A stretch of 64,000 nucleotides of DNA from Amoebidium appalachense (taxonomy: Eukaryota > Protista > Ichthyosporea). The stretch lies in assembly GCA_963693365.1 (NCBI GenBank), contig CAVNZM010000002.1, forward strand, positions 9,521,059 to 9,585,058. The letters run 5' to 3'. The notes under the pieces were generated by a model. It was not told the DNA's origin. It searched no databases and was given only the letters and a program-made list of their open reading frames with translations. How positions within the stretch are numbered: the stretch's first letter is position 1; each line of letters opens with the position of its first letter. Made by a program: the position numbers and the translations under genes. Positions 1-59,774 of this stretch are shown here, piece after piece.

Positions 1-79
1 CCTTCAATCTCCTGACCAAAATAATGGTCAAACATATGGTGTTGCCGACTCATCATGTTTTGCTCTCGTGCGCCACCAG

Positions 80-44606
<44,527 letters not shown>

Positions 44607-45188
44607 CCTATCGGCAGCAAAAAACGTTTAATGCACGTAATTTTAAAATTCTGGGTGTGAGAATGCCTTAGGTCTAGATTGTTCCGGTATATAGTCTAAC
44701 GAACTGCAATGAATGAAGGACCCGTCACATAGTGTTTGTGTGCATGAAATGTATTATGGAATGAAGGTTTTGTAGCCTACCACTGTACATTTGGACCGAC
44801 ATACGCCATGTGTTTCTGTAAGTGTGATTTTTCTATATACGAGCGCGTGTAGAAAGTTATGGGCGTAGAGCAACGAAATCGATGGACAGTTGTTTTCTGG
44901 CTGAGACAAATGTAGTTGTATAGCTTGTTCATACCGTTTGAATGCCTCGTGAGTTTAGTGGTTTTGTGACCTTATTTGTAACACGGGGGTATGTGCGAAG
45001 TCAGTAGATTTTTCCTTGCATGGTGTTCAGAATTGAGTATCATTGAAGGTTACATATGAGAATATTAATGCCGTGGGCACCACACATATGCTGTCAATAA
45101 ATTTGTGGCCTACAACATATTGTTTTCCTGCAATTTGCACACGATGTCTTAGTTGTGGCACAAAAGTACAGTTTTTAGGGTGGGTAAA

Positions 45189-45221
<33 letters not shown>

Positions 45222-45269
45222 CTTGCGCAAGTTGGGATTTGTTTTTTCCTACCTGGAAGGCGTTCACTT

Positions 45270-45540
45270 CAGGTGATTGGCTCACAATATTCTGTGCGGT
45301 AGGCCTTGCTCATTGGATGCTATTCGCCAATCATCTCACTGATGGAATATGGCTCGCACATAGTTTTGCACATGCCTTGCTTGTCCCAACCCAAACCAAA
45401 ACAAACAACAAACAAACAAAGAACAACGGGCCGTGCGCGGTTCAGTGCGGGACTGTCCGAAGTTCTGTCGCTGAGTCTACTCCCACGCCATAGATACACC
45501 CTGCTCCCCACCCGGCTGCACAATTAAATAGTTCTCCCAT
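45270..45540 (+). promoter_or_regulatory. Candidate cathepsin promoter with clustered CCAAT/ATTGG boxes
   Basis: gattggc at ~45275, cattgga at ~45311 and gccaatca at ~45326, then an AT-rich aattaaata ~30 nt before the ATG. Position-based inference only. Confidence 0.3.
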
Positions 45541-45556
45541 CCGCGCATCCTTCACA

Positions 45557-47978
<2,422 letters not shown>

Positions 47979-48637
47979 TTGGCTCTAGGTCATGTGAAAG
48001 ATTTGCATGGTTTTCTTGACAGCGATATGCGGCATGAGGGAAAGTAGTTCCTAGTATAGCTATTTATGGGCCAATTGGCTGGGCTTTGTGGAGGGAAAAG
48101 TGTGCCCCACACTTGTGTTATTCACGGTAGATTGGTGTAGAAACATCATCCGGAGCAAATTTGGTGAACCCATCGAACAGTTTTGTAAACCTAACCATTT
48201 ATATGGAATCAGCATTTGCTTGCAGAAGTTGAATATTTCCATAAATATTTAATAGGTAGACGTGCTCGTTGTCACACTTGTGCAGAATTTGCTGCAATTA
48301 AGTGCCCCGGCTATGATACTGTTCGGCTGTCTGTATCACGGGCTCAGTCTGTATGCATATTTGATTTGGTATACGTAGGCTCCTGGATGCCTGGCACCAA
48401 CCCGAAGTCAGTAGAACCGGAATAGGTTGTTTATAACCACAGTAAAAAAACAAATTAAATGAATGATCATGATGTGAGAGAAAAGTAGATGATAAAAAAA
48501 TACAAAAAAAAAAACGGTCCAAATTTACCGTAGAGACAACTTTTTCTGTTGGCGGCATTGATGATGATTGTTGTTTTGCATGTTTATCCCTCTCTCTTCC
48601 ACAGGACTGAGTATTACTTTTCATTCAGGGCAGTTGG

Positions 48638-48675
<38 letters not shown>

Positions 48676-48965
48676 GGGAAGGTACCAAAAAAGTATGTGC
48701 GAAAGGAAGAACAGCAATTTTCGATTGCAGGTTGGGCTGGTCCACATCTTACCGTAACGGTTGTTTTCCACATGTTTAAGTCTACTAGAGTCATGAGACA
48801 CCTAATTACATAATTATATATCGATGCCCCTTCCCCCCTCCCCCCCCCCCCCCCCCCCCCCCCCTCCGAGTCCCCGCCCCCCCCCCCTCCCTCCCGGTAC
48901 AACCGGTACCATGGCCATGAACACCATCTGGTCCAACACCCACACACCGTGATAACACACACACA

Positions 48966-49004
<39 letters not shown>

Positions 49005-49356
49005 CTGTTTCTCTCTCTCTCTCATTCTCACGCACCGTGTGACACATGCACGTACACGCACATGCACGGCGTCGCACGCACGCACCAGCCACACAGTGTA
49101 CACAGATGTGTACCACACACACACACACGTACACACACACGTGCACACGCACAAGCACACACACACACGTGCGTACACACTGCTGTCACACACGTACACA
49201 CGCACACGCACACACAAACACGTGACACGCACATGTAACGTCGCACACGTGCACAGACACTGGCACACACAGACACACACACGCACGCACGCACGCACAC
49301 ACACACACGCACACGCACGCACGCACCCACGGATGCACGCACACACACACACGCAC

Positions 49357-49448
<92 letters not shown>

Positions 49449-49461
49449 ACAACCGCCACCG

Positions 49462-50600
49462 TCACCAGAGGTGGGGCGGTCTGGTCTGGTCAGCCCGATC
49501 CAGTCCGAAGAAATTTCGGGTTGGGCTAACCAGACCAACCCGAAATATTATCGGGTTGGGCTGGGGCGTTTGGGCTGGGGCAGGCCTATGATCTGGCCTC
49601 CCTCCAGCAGTAACAGACTGTATTTAGTTGTCTGTGACTTGGAAACCCGATCATGTTCAACGTTTTATAAGTTCGTGTGAATGGGAGCCATCGTTTGTTT
49701 GTGAGCGTGGGCTGAGTTGGGTCCCGAAAACCTACAACCGGTATATGATGCCACTGAGTGCGCCGCCCAGACCATTTTGCGCAAACAGATTAGCTATTTT
49801 TGGTAACACGTTAATTGGGGCCAGAGGCCCTTTCTATTCTGCATACGGTGCCCATTTCGCACAGGGTTGGAAGGGGGAGGGTGGTCACCGGTAACGTTTT
49901 TTGGGCGGGGGAAGGTGGACAAAAATCACTTTCAAAAACTCGATTGGATTGGCTCCTGGGTCAATGGAATGAGAGATAACGCATTGGATTCGCTTCCAGG
50001 AGCGCGGTAACTAGATGGTAATTGTTACCCTGTCAGCGAAATCGGGAATCATTTAGTTTATAATAAATCTGTAATTTAGGTAAATATGGTGTCGAATAAT
50101 ATTTCATTTGGGCTTTTCAATGTTATTTGAGTGTACCTTGATTTGAGAATCGAAATGTCCGGTTTAGCGTTGATACCTGGCAAAGAACAGCATAAGCGCG
50201 GTAAAAATACCGTTTCCCGTGATCATGATGATTGGAGCGTGATCAGACGTCGGAGGGCAAAACTGAGGAAGAAAACGCTTTGTTGTTGCATAGTGGTCGA
50301 CCGACTTACTGCGGATACTAATAGAAGCAATGGGGGATTTTTTGAAAGGAACGCCGCGTAAGGCGTTGGGCGTGGTCGGTAAGGCGTTGGGCGTGGTCTT
50401 CTCGCTCGTGCTCTTTTTGCTGCTGCTGGCTGCACCTTCTGCAGCACCACAGGTACAAGGCACCCAGATCCGCACACATGCACACGCGCGCGACAGAGTG
50501 ACATACACACACAAAGAGACACACACGCCTGGACACACATACACACACGTGCATGACTGAAATGCGCGCACATGGGCAAACATTCACACGTGCACATGCA

Positions 50601-50653
<53 letters not shown>

Positions 50654-51606
50654 TACACACACAAAGAGACACACACGCCTGCACACACATACACACACGT
50701 GCATGACTGAAACGCGCGCACATGGGCAAACATTCACACGTGCACATGCGCACCATGCACTCATACACACACGTGCAGGCAACCAGATCCACACACGTGC
50801 ACACGCTCGTTCACACACACACACACACATACACACGCCGTGACATACACAGACACACACACATGCACACTCATCCGCACACGCATGCACACTCATACAC
50901 AAACGTGCATGACACGCGTACACATGGGCAAGCATAAGCACCAACAGAATACCACAAACACCACAAACCAAAAAGAAAAACACAGACACACATCGCACAC
51001 CCACACCCACAAACACACACACACAAACACACGTGCGCACACATACGCACACACTTGAATGTTGACAAGTCATAAACACGTGCAAGCAAAGCTTGCTCAC
51101 ACACTTGTCTGCTGGCACGCACATAACGCACACGTTCTTTTATAGGCAAAAGCATCTGCACACGTGTACATACACACACAAACCCACCCACACATACACA
51201 CACAATAACAAGCACACAATCCACACACGTGCACGCACGCACACTCCGCACAAGCACAGTCACACACACATGCACACACACATGCAAAACAAACACACAT
51301 GCTGACAGTTTTCAATTGCTTGCAGGTGGTGCAGTGTCCTTCTGGAAATGGGCGTATGGTGATTCCCCCCCAAGGTAGGGGAGTCAACCATACCCATGTC
51401 TTTTTCTCCGAGCCTGCCTGCGTTGTGGATGAAACATGCCCACACGGTACCACTAGGGTGGAACCCCCACCCTGCAATTTTTGTTTTGGTCATGTGTCTA
51501 AAACCATAAGGCCACCCATATACAAAGAAACTCTTTCTGTCCCAAGTTGCCGTGGGAAGAGTGTTTATCAACACCCTTCCCCCCCTCCCCCCCCCCTCCC
51601 CCCCCC

Positions 51607-51660
<54 letters not shown>

Positions 51661-51992
51661 AAAAAAAAAAAAAAAAAGACGCACCGGCAGAAACACAAAC
51701 ACATACACACACACGCCCACACACCCACTCTCAATCTCTCTTTCTCGTGCACACAAACACGTGCACACACACACACACAGTCACACACACACACAAAGAT
51801 GCACACACACACGCGCACACACACACACACGCACACACGCAACTAGATCACACACGCGCGCGCACACACACACGTGCACACCAGACACACACCATGATAT
51901 ACACCCATATACACACCGCCCACCCACACACACCGTAGATCTAAATAGACTACACGTGCACGCACCGTTATTGTGACACAGATACACACACA

Positions 51993-52050
<58 letters not shown>

Positions 52051-52280
52051 CACTGTGACACACAGCACGCACTTCAACACAAGCACATGCATAAAAACGT
52101 TTTTTGCGAGAGGGGCATGGCCTCTGGCCCCTTTTTAGCAGACGGGAGCCCCGCATTCGGCTGCCAGTATCTTTATAGTACCCGCCAGCCCAACCCAACC
52201 GTTCTCCTGTACACTCCAGCTCGAAAAAATTTCGGGTTGGGCTGACCAGACCGGACCAGCCCGAAACCGACCTCAGGTGA
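49462..52280. mobile_element. ~2.8-kb element bounded by inverted termini with subterminal TTCGGGTTGGGC/CCCGA repeats (possible non-autonomous hAT-like element)
   Basis: Left end tcaccagaggtggggcggtctggtctggtcagcccga; right end gggctgaccagaccggaccagcccgaaaccgacctcaggtga. aaatttcgggttgggct occurs at both ends. No clear TSD and no transposase. Confidence 0.5.
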
Positions 52281-53435
52281 GATCTACTTATACGAGTGGC
52301 TAAATATCACGATTAGTTATAACCTAATGCATTCCATAGGGTTCCGATTTTTATCGCATTCAATTCACGCAATTTTTTTTGATAAGGACTTTATTGATAT
52401 GCGCATGATCAGAGGAGCAAGCCGGAGATATCACAGATATCTCAGAGAAGAAAAGACAAAAACCCCTACTCACGGATACGGAGGAGATAACGACTCCTGG
52501 TGCAAACCAGAGTACCTGAAACTTTAAACGTATATCCTGTTGTTGGAGGTTGGATTAGCTGTAAAGCGTCTGACTCTGGCCTCCACGTTTTTCAGGGTAG
52601 TCTTCTCTATTTTAGTCAAAAGAAAAAATAATCATACACCCTAGAAAACTCGTTAAACATACGGTGGTTTAACAGATAGTCAATAGAAGTAAGATTTCTC
52701 CTTTTGACTCGGGTTTATCAGGATTATCTAAATAAGCTAGTCGTCGAATTTCTAACGGAAAAATCTGAGATAAATAAAGACATTTATCTAGGTGTTTGCG
52801 AGAAAAAGGTTCCTGCACAAAAGTGACATAAACATTTATGGAAACTAAGGTTACAACGCCAAAATAAACATTTCCAAGCACCGTTCACACGAAGGGGTTA
52901 GAATGGCATAATCGGCACCGGGGTGGTAGCGCAAATTGTTAGGTCATGAAAGTGACAGATTTTGACTACATTTTCCCGAAGCAAACCCTTTGATAGTAGG
53001 TGTTTTCAAGCCACAAAACCCCTTAAGTACACTATAAAAAATAACATAAATGTGCAAACATTTACCCTGGGATACATGGCGTTCTGAAAGTGCCAAACTG
53101 TCGGTGGCCCAGTGTCACTGTCGCCGTCATCTCGCAGGACGCACTTTCGCCAATAAATCAGGGATGACTCTGCCTTTTGATTGGACTCCTCTAAAAACCG
53201 CCAGATCTCATCCCATATAAGGCTCGGTCAAAACAAAACGAGAACCTCGGTGAGTCAGAACAGGTTGTGTATTCTGTTTTGTATGTGTTTCTCACTCTCT
53301 CATATATAGTTTGATAGCGTTACAAATAGACTAGAAGAAAGTAAACATCAGCCATAACAGCTGCAAGCAAGAATACACTACACCAATAGAGCTTTCTTTT
53401 ATTCATCTGCGCATTTTGCGCAAAAATCCAACAAA

Positions 53436-54743
53436 ATGTCCAAGTCATCCCTTGCCAGTGCCCTTCTTTCCCCCCTCCTTCTCCTAAACAAATCCAACCA
53501 TGCCCAGGCCATGGTTAACCCCAACGCACCAAATGGTACTATTGCCCCTTGCCCTGCCCCCTGTCCTATCTCCGTAGGCACCCGATGCGTAAACACACTC
53601 AAAGATGCAGTCGCAACTGCACAGAGCGGAGAAATCGTTTTCATAAACGGAGACGTACAAGTTGGTGTTGACTCGGAGTTAGTACTAACTCAGGAAATGA
53701 TTTCGTTCGTTGGTTGCGGAACCCAACGGCCTGTTGTGTACACTCAGGTCAACAACCCCCAGGGCGCGATCTTCCGCGTGCCTGCGGCCAGGGAGCAAAT
53801 GGTCTCGTTTGCTCACATTGATTTTGAAAGGCGCTCCACCGACTTTGCCTCAGTCCTACGTACGCCGGAGCTTGGTGATGTGGAGGATCCTATTGAAGTG
53901 ACTTATGCAGCAACACATTTGTCTGTGGACGCTTGTTCCTTTAAAAACTTCCGCACTCAGGCGCGTGGGGGCGGGGCTATTTTCCTTGGGCGCAGCGGGG
54001 ATATTTCGATTCGGAGAAGCGACTTTTCTGGTAATCGTGCCACGAAATTTCCGGATGGCAGGCTGAGATGGGACTCCGGAGGCGGAGCCATTTACGTGCG
54101 CGAGGTGATGGGAAATGTAGACATCGATCAGACCACCTTCAGCAACAACCAACACGAATTTGAACATGGAAACGGAGGGGCTCTTGCAATGGACTACATT
54201 TCAGACGAGTCGAGGGTGCTGTTTGGCTCCCAAACGGTCTTTGCAAACAACAGGGCACCCGCCGGGGGTGCTGTGTATATTGGCCTTATTGAGGGGGGGT
54301 TTTAACACATACGCCGAGTTTATCAACAATATGAACGTGCCGGGGTGGGGTACGAGGGGAGGTGCTATTTGGTTGCAGAACAGTGACGGGGCCACCGTGG
54401 AGATTGGGGGGAAATTTCACCGAAATATGGCCATGATTGATAGTAGTGCAGACGGCAACGGTTTGGGAAGGGGGGTGCTATCGCGACTAACCAAATTAAG
54501 GGGTCGACGATTGTGATAACAGGAGAGTTTTTGGATAATCAGTCGCTTGGGGGTGGTGCCGTGTTGGATGGATTTTCAAACGGAGGGTCTCTTAGGGATT
54601 CGAGACTCGTTTTCAACAACGCAGTGCTGAGGGGGAACCAAGGCAAGGGTACCGATTTGGCGGTGAAAATTCAGAACGCCGATAGCGGGAATATTGCAAT
54701 TTCCGAGTCGCAGGTCAACGGGCAGGTGGTCACGCTTATGTGA
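53436..54743 (+). CDS. Secreted right-handed parallel beta-helix protein with polymorphic-membrane-protein (Pmp)-type GGA(I/L/V)/FxxN repeats; ~435 aa if two G-run indels are corrected
   Basis: Signal-like N-terminus and a TLKDAVATA..G cap. Repeats GGGAIF, GGGAIY, GGAL, GGAVY, GGAIW, GGAI, GGGAV alternate with FKN, FSGN, FSNN, FANN, FINN, FHRN, FLDN. Three ORF-track pieces (53436-54305, 54160-54516, 54513-54743) join via one extra G at ~54293-54299 and one missing G at ~54470-54475. Confidence 0.75.
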
Positions 54744-55729
54744 AACATATTCCCTGTGTCATTCTGCAACCACATGGGTTTTTGGTCCATCATTGATGTA
54801 GAACTGAACGAGTATGTCTAATGAGCCCCCCCCCCCCCCCCCCCCCCCCCCCCCGCCCCTCCCTCTGAAGGTATTGGTTTGTGTTTGTGTTCCGTGTGTG
54901 TGTGTGGGGGGGGGGGGGGGGGGGGGGGGGGGGTGACGGGGGAGGTGGGGATGGATGGGTGGCTGGGTGGGTGGGTGTAGGTGGGTGGATGTGCGCAGGG
55001 GGGGGGAGGTCGGGGGCGGGGGGTGGAGGGGGAATGGATGGGTGGGCAGGTGGGTGGGTGGGTGGGTGCGCTGGGGGGGGGGGGGGGGGGGGGGAGGGAG
55101 GGAGGGTGAGAGGGGGGAAGGGGGAGGGGGGTGAATGGATGGGTGGACGGGTGGGTGTGTGTGTGTAGGTGGGTGGGTGTGCGGGAGGGGAGGGGAGGGG
55201 GGGGGGGGGGGGGGGGGGAGGGATGGGTGGGGAAACATGACACACATATGTATTTGGAGACACCTGTGGGAACGGCTTTGTTCCATACATATTGTAGATC
55301 AAAACTCTATGAGAATATGTAATGCATATCTGATAATAAATATGATGGTTACAGCATAAGTGGTATTCCACTTGTCATGGATTTGCTTGTAGATATGCTG
55401 CTCAAATTTGTGCAAGTAAATGCTTGACCTGGCCAGCAATGTGGCGGTAAATATAGCTGGTAATGATGCAGTGTGATAGCGGGTTACAAACTGTCTGAAA
55501 ATGGCTCCATAAATGTTAGGCTGTAATGGGGACAGACCTTGTATAGAACATGAACATTAGGCCATATTGAGCAGATAAGTGTTTCTCCGAGTGGCTCTCA
55601 GTAACGAGATTATCTACTGATAATTTGATTGATTGGAAAATATACACACATGTGAAATAATGTTATGTTTTAATAATAATACGGAATATGTCTATGGGCA
55701 AAATATGGGTTACGGTGTGTTATACTGCC

Positions 55730-56141
<412 letters not shown>

Positions 56142-56497
56142 TGTGTGTGTCTGTGTGTGTGTGTCTCTCTCTCTCTCTCTCTATTTCTCTCTCTCTCTCT
56201 CTCTCTGTCATCTCTTTCCCTCTCTTCCCCCCCCCCCCTCTTCTCTCTCTCTCTTTCTCCCCCCCCCCCCCCCCCCCCATCCCCTCCTCCCCCCCCCCCT
56301 TTCCACTCTTTTCTTTCTCCCTCCGAGCTTCGAGCTCCGAGCCCCTTCGTCTCCACCCCCCTTCATCCCTTTCTCTCCCTGTCCCTTTCTTCCCCCGGGC
56401 CTCTCTCCCTTTCTCCCTCACCCCCCCCCCCCCCCCCCCCCCAAAACTCCCCGAAAGACACACACACACACACACACGTGTACACACACAGAAACAC

Positions 56498-56564
<67 letters not shown>

Positions 56565-56675
56565 CACTTACCATTTAACTTTGCCTGTCGTGAATTTGTA
56601 CTTCACACTTTGTATCGTGCTTAGAACCTACCTCCCAACCCCACCAACTCTCACGTCTTTTGTTGCTTGCCGTGC

Positions 56676-56890
56676 ATTACCTCCCATTCCCCCTCCATAG
56701 TTACCTCCCATTTCCCCTCTATAATTACCTCCCATTACCCCTCTATAATTACCTCCCATTTCCCCTCTACTGTTACCTCCCATTTCCCCTATATAATTAC
56801 CTCCCAATGACCTCCCATATCCCCTGTATAATTACCTCCCATTCCCCCTGTATGATTACCTCCCATTTCCCCTCTACAATTGCCTCCCCT
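56676..56890. repeat. 24-bp minisatellite (ATTACCTCCCATTTCCCCTCTATA-like), ~8 copies
   Basis: Repeated ttacctcccat(t/a)...cccct(c/g)tata units; translates as the YLPFPLYN repeat seen in the ORF track. Confidence 0.9.
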
Positions 56891-57329
56891 TTCACCTCTA
56901 TATGCCCTCTCCGCTTTACGCTCCCCTTCTCCCCAATCTCTGAATCATTAGAACAATGGTAAATATATCCCCTAAAGGAATGGAATTCGCCTGAATGAAA
57001 AAGCAGGGGTGTTGGCCTTCACCGTAATTAAGGAAGAGTCTCAGAGATGGGAGAGGGGAAGGGAACGGGTGGGTGGGTGGGGATAACTTAGCGAAACGGA
57101 AGGAATGGATTTTTTTTTGAGAAGGCAGGGACTCTAGGGAGAGGGCAAACATTTTTGTGTGTTTGCAGGGGAGGGAGAGCCCCCCCTCCTCCTCCCCCCC
57201 CCCCCCCCCCCCACCCCACCCCGCCCCCACCCACCCACCCACCCACCCGTCTGAATGCGGCAACCTAAGGCTTGACTCGTTTGTTTTCTGCGTGCATGGC
57301 GAATGTCATTAGATACGATGCCCAGAATA

Positions 57330-57367
<38 letters not shown>

Positions 57368-58751
57368 ATCTACAACACATACATACACAGCACACACATA
57401 CACACGTACCATCACCGATACCACCAACACCACACGCGCGCGCGCGCGCGCACACACACACCCACACACACAGAGAGGCCCCTTCCCCCCCCAGCCCCCC
57501 CCCCCCCCCCCCACATACATGTGTGCACACACGCACGTATGCATGCATACATACATGTACAGATGTGCGGTGCCGGACATGCTATGGCCATGCACCCACA
57601 AGGGGCCCCGTGGGTATGTGTCGCTATCGCATGCCCTCATCTGAAGTTCAACTTGGGTCCTTTTCCCCCTATTTGAATTAATAATAAAAGAGCTTCAACA
57701 GACTGAGTAGGCAGGACGACATTAAGACGGATGTTTAACGGCTAAAGAAAGGTACGTACGGCTGAGAGTACAGTGTTCTACTTAGATCTCAAAAGTGGTG
57801 GTGTTAAAGATGCATGGGCAGTCTGAGATGTCTAGGGAGGATATCAGGAAACACCTGCACTTTAACTGTGTTAGTGTAGACCAGTCCTCCTTGGCCTCTC
57901 CATTCATATGCATCCTCCGTCCCAATCCCGTCCCCCTCCCCCCCCCCCCCCCCCCCCCCACCTCCCGGCCCCCCCTCCCTCTCCCTCGAGCGCTCCCCTC
58001 CCCACCTTTAGTCCTAATAAGTGTGCCACGGCCGGGAGAGGTTATCCATCTCATTATGTGTATGTTTTCTCGAAATTTTCTCATTACCACACCCGATAAT
58101 GGCTTTATTAGTAATTCACCGTTATAACTTCTGAAACACAGCCTGCACAATCTCATGCACATATGCATGAATATATATGCAAATGATGTGGGCTATCATG
58201 CGGAAGAGGGAACGAGTGACCACGGTGGGGCTGAAGGGGGAGGGGGACGGGGGAGGGGGGGGGGGGGGGGAGGAGGGAGGAGGGGGGAAATTTTAGAATC
58301 AACCCTTTTCTTATTTTATCCCGTTTCACTCCCGGCGAGGCACTGCGTCAGGCGAGCTCACTGTATGTATAATTTCTACTTTTTAAAAAAACAAAAATCT
58401 ATAAAAACCATACACAATATTCCATTACAACTTCATGCTCACATTAAAGTGCAAGCAAACTTCGACTGTTCCGCGGTCCCCAAAACTGGCAAAATTGCCG
58501 GTATGAACAGGTTACTAGAAAGCTTGCGCTATTTTTTGGTCGATATTCTACGTCATTCAGCGACTAGCTAAATAGTATACAACACCTACCCATGCGAAAA
58601 ACGGCAGTCCAGCTATCCTGCGTGCAGATATAATCTACATTTACATGAGCTCAGATACATATAAGCTTCATTTTTCCAAAAAAAATGCCCCCCCAAAACG
58701 ACAGGCTGCACCTTGTCAACCCCAAAAGTTCAAAATCTATCTACATGGGTT

Positions 58752-59774
58752 TCAAAATGACATTGCCGTGATTTTCTTGACCAATTTTCTAAATGATTTC
58801 CTGTGTTTAGGCAAACTTCTCGTCTCATCGTGCTTCATGCTGTCACAACTGTTACGAGCGAGCTTTCCAGAGGCCGATTTCGCATTTCGTTCCGCATGGC
58901 TCCCCTTGGAGTCAACCGATGCCGCAACCAATCCCACATCCTCATAAATGTTCTTGGACTTCTTTGTGTTCTCATCTTGGAAAGAAAGTTTGGAACCTTG
59001 CTCGCTGGTTGGATTTTCCCCGTTATTAGTCGTAGATCCAGGCACAGGGGCAACAACAGAGCCATCCCGAGATTCCGAACCGTTGACTTCGAGATCATCC
59101 CGATCCACCATTAGACCCTCGCCCTCCTGTTTTGCCTCATTTGCTGAAGCAAGGTTAGGAATCCAATTGCTCATCACACTAATCTCCGACGAGGTTGATC
59201 GTGACGATGGGAGCTGTGAAGATGCTGCCACGGTAATTGGTGCAGATTTCGTCGACTTTAGCGAACACATTTTGGGTGACTTTTCGGGTTGGACTGGGTC
59301 ATTGTTTGTACAGGAGGATTTCGGATTCGGAGCAGAAACAGTCGCCTTCAAACCCTTGAGATTTTCCAAATGTTCCTGGTTGTTGTTGTCGTCGTCGGTT
59401 TCAGAAAAGAGGAATTTAGGAAGGGGAACCCACAATCTGCTTTTGTCTTGCACGGGAACAGACACGGAGTCAAAGTCGTCCCAGTACGGCGCAAAGGTAA
59501 CAGTGATAACGGGTATCCGGTGAGATCGTTGTGAATTTGTGCTACTTTTGCTCGTTGACAACTCACGTTTTGTTACGTGTGCTCCATTTTCTTGGTTGGC
59601 TGCTTCCTTCGCTAGCTGAAGGACAACCAGCAAAATGACTGCTGCTACTAGGACGAAAAGACACACAGCCAAAATTGGGTGGCGTTGGTACAAGACAACA
59701 AAACCTGTGAAGATGGCTACGAGAAAGAACTGGCCCCTATCATGATCATTGCTTGCACGCGTAGTGAGACCCAT
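58752..59774 (-). CDS. Intronless 340-aa hypothetical protein with two N-terminal hydrophobic segments and a Ser/Thr/acidic-rich, likely disordered tail
   Basis: ATG-to-TGA ORF in non-repetitive sequence. FFLVAIFTGFVVLY and ILAVCLFVLVAAVILLVVLQL look transmembrane. No family recognised. Confidence 0.6.
   Translation of the reverse strand: MGLTTRASNDHDRGQFFLVAIFTGFVVLYQRHPILAVCLFVLVAAVILLVVLQLAKEAANQENGAHVTKRELSTSKSSTNSQRSHRIPVITVTFAPYWDDFDSVSVPVQDKSRLWVPLPKFLFSETDDDNNNQEHLENLKGLKATVSAPNPKSSCTNNDPVQPEKSPKMCSLKSTKSAPITVAASSQLPSSRSTSSEISVMSNWIPNLASANEAKQEGEGLMVDRDDLEVNGSESRDGSVVAPVPGSTTNNGENPTSEQGSKLSFQDENTKKSKNIYEDVGLVAASVDSKGSHAERNAKSASGKLARNSCDSMKHDETRSLPKHRKSFRKLVKKITAMSF

Noticed and set aside
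50223-50450. Minus-strand KRARARRPRPTPYAAFLSKN resembling an HMG-box start
   Set aside because: The similarity stops after a few residues and partly arises from a 21-bp tandem duplication.
56676-56890. YLPFPLYN repeat protein or CRISPR-like array
   Set aside because: Head-to-tail 24-bp minisatellite with no spacers and no credible gene context.
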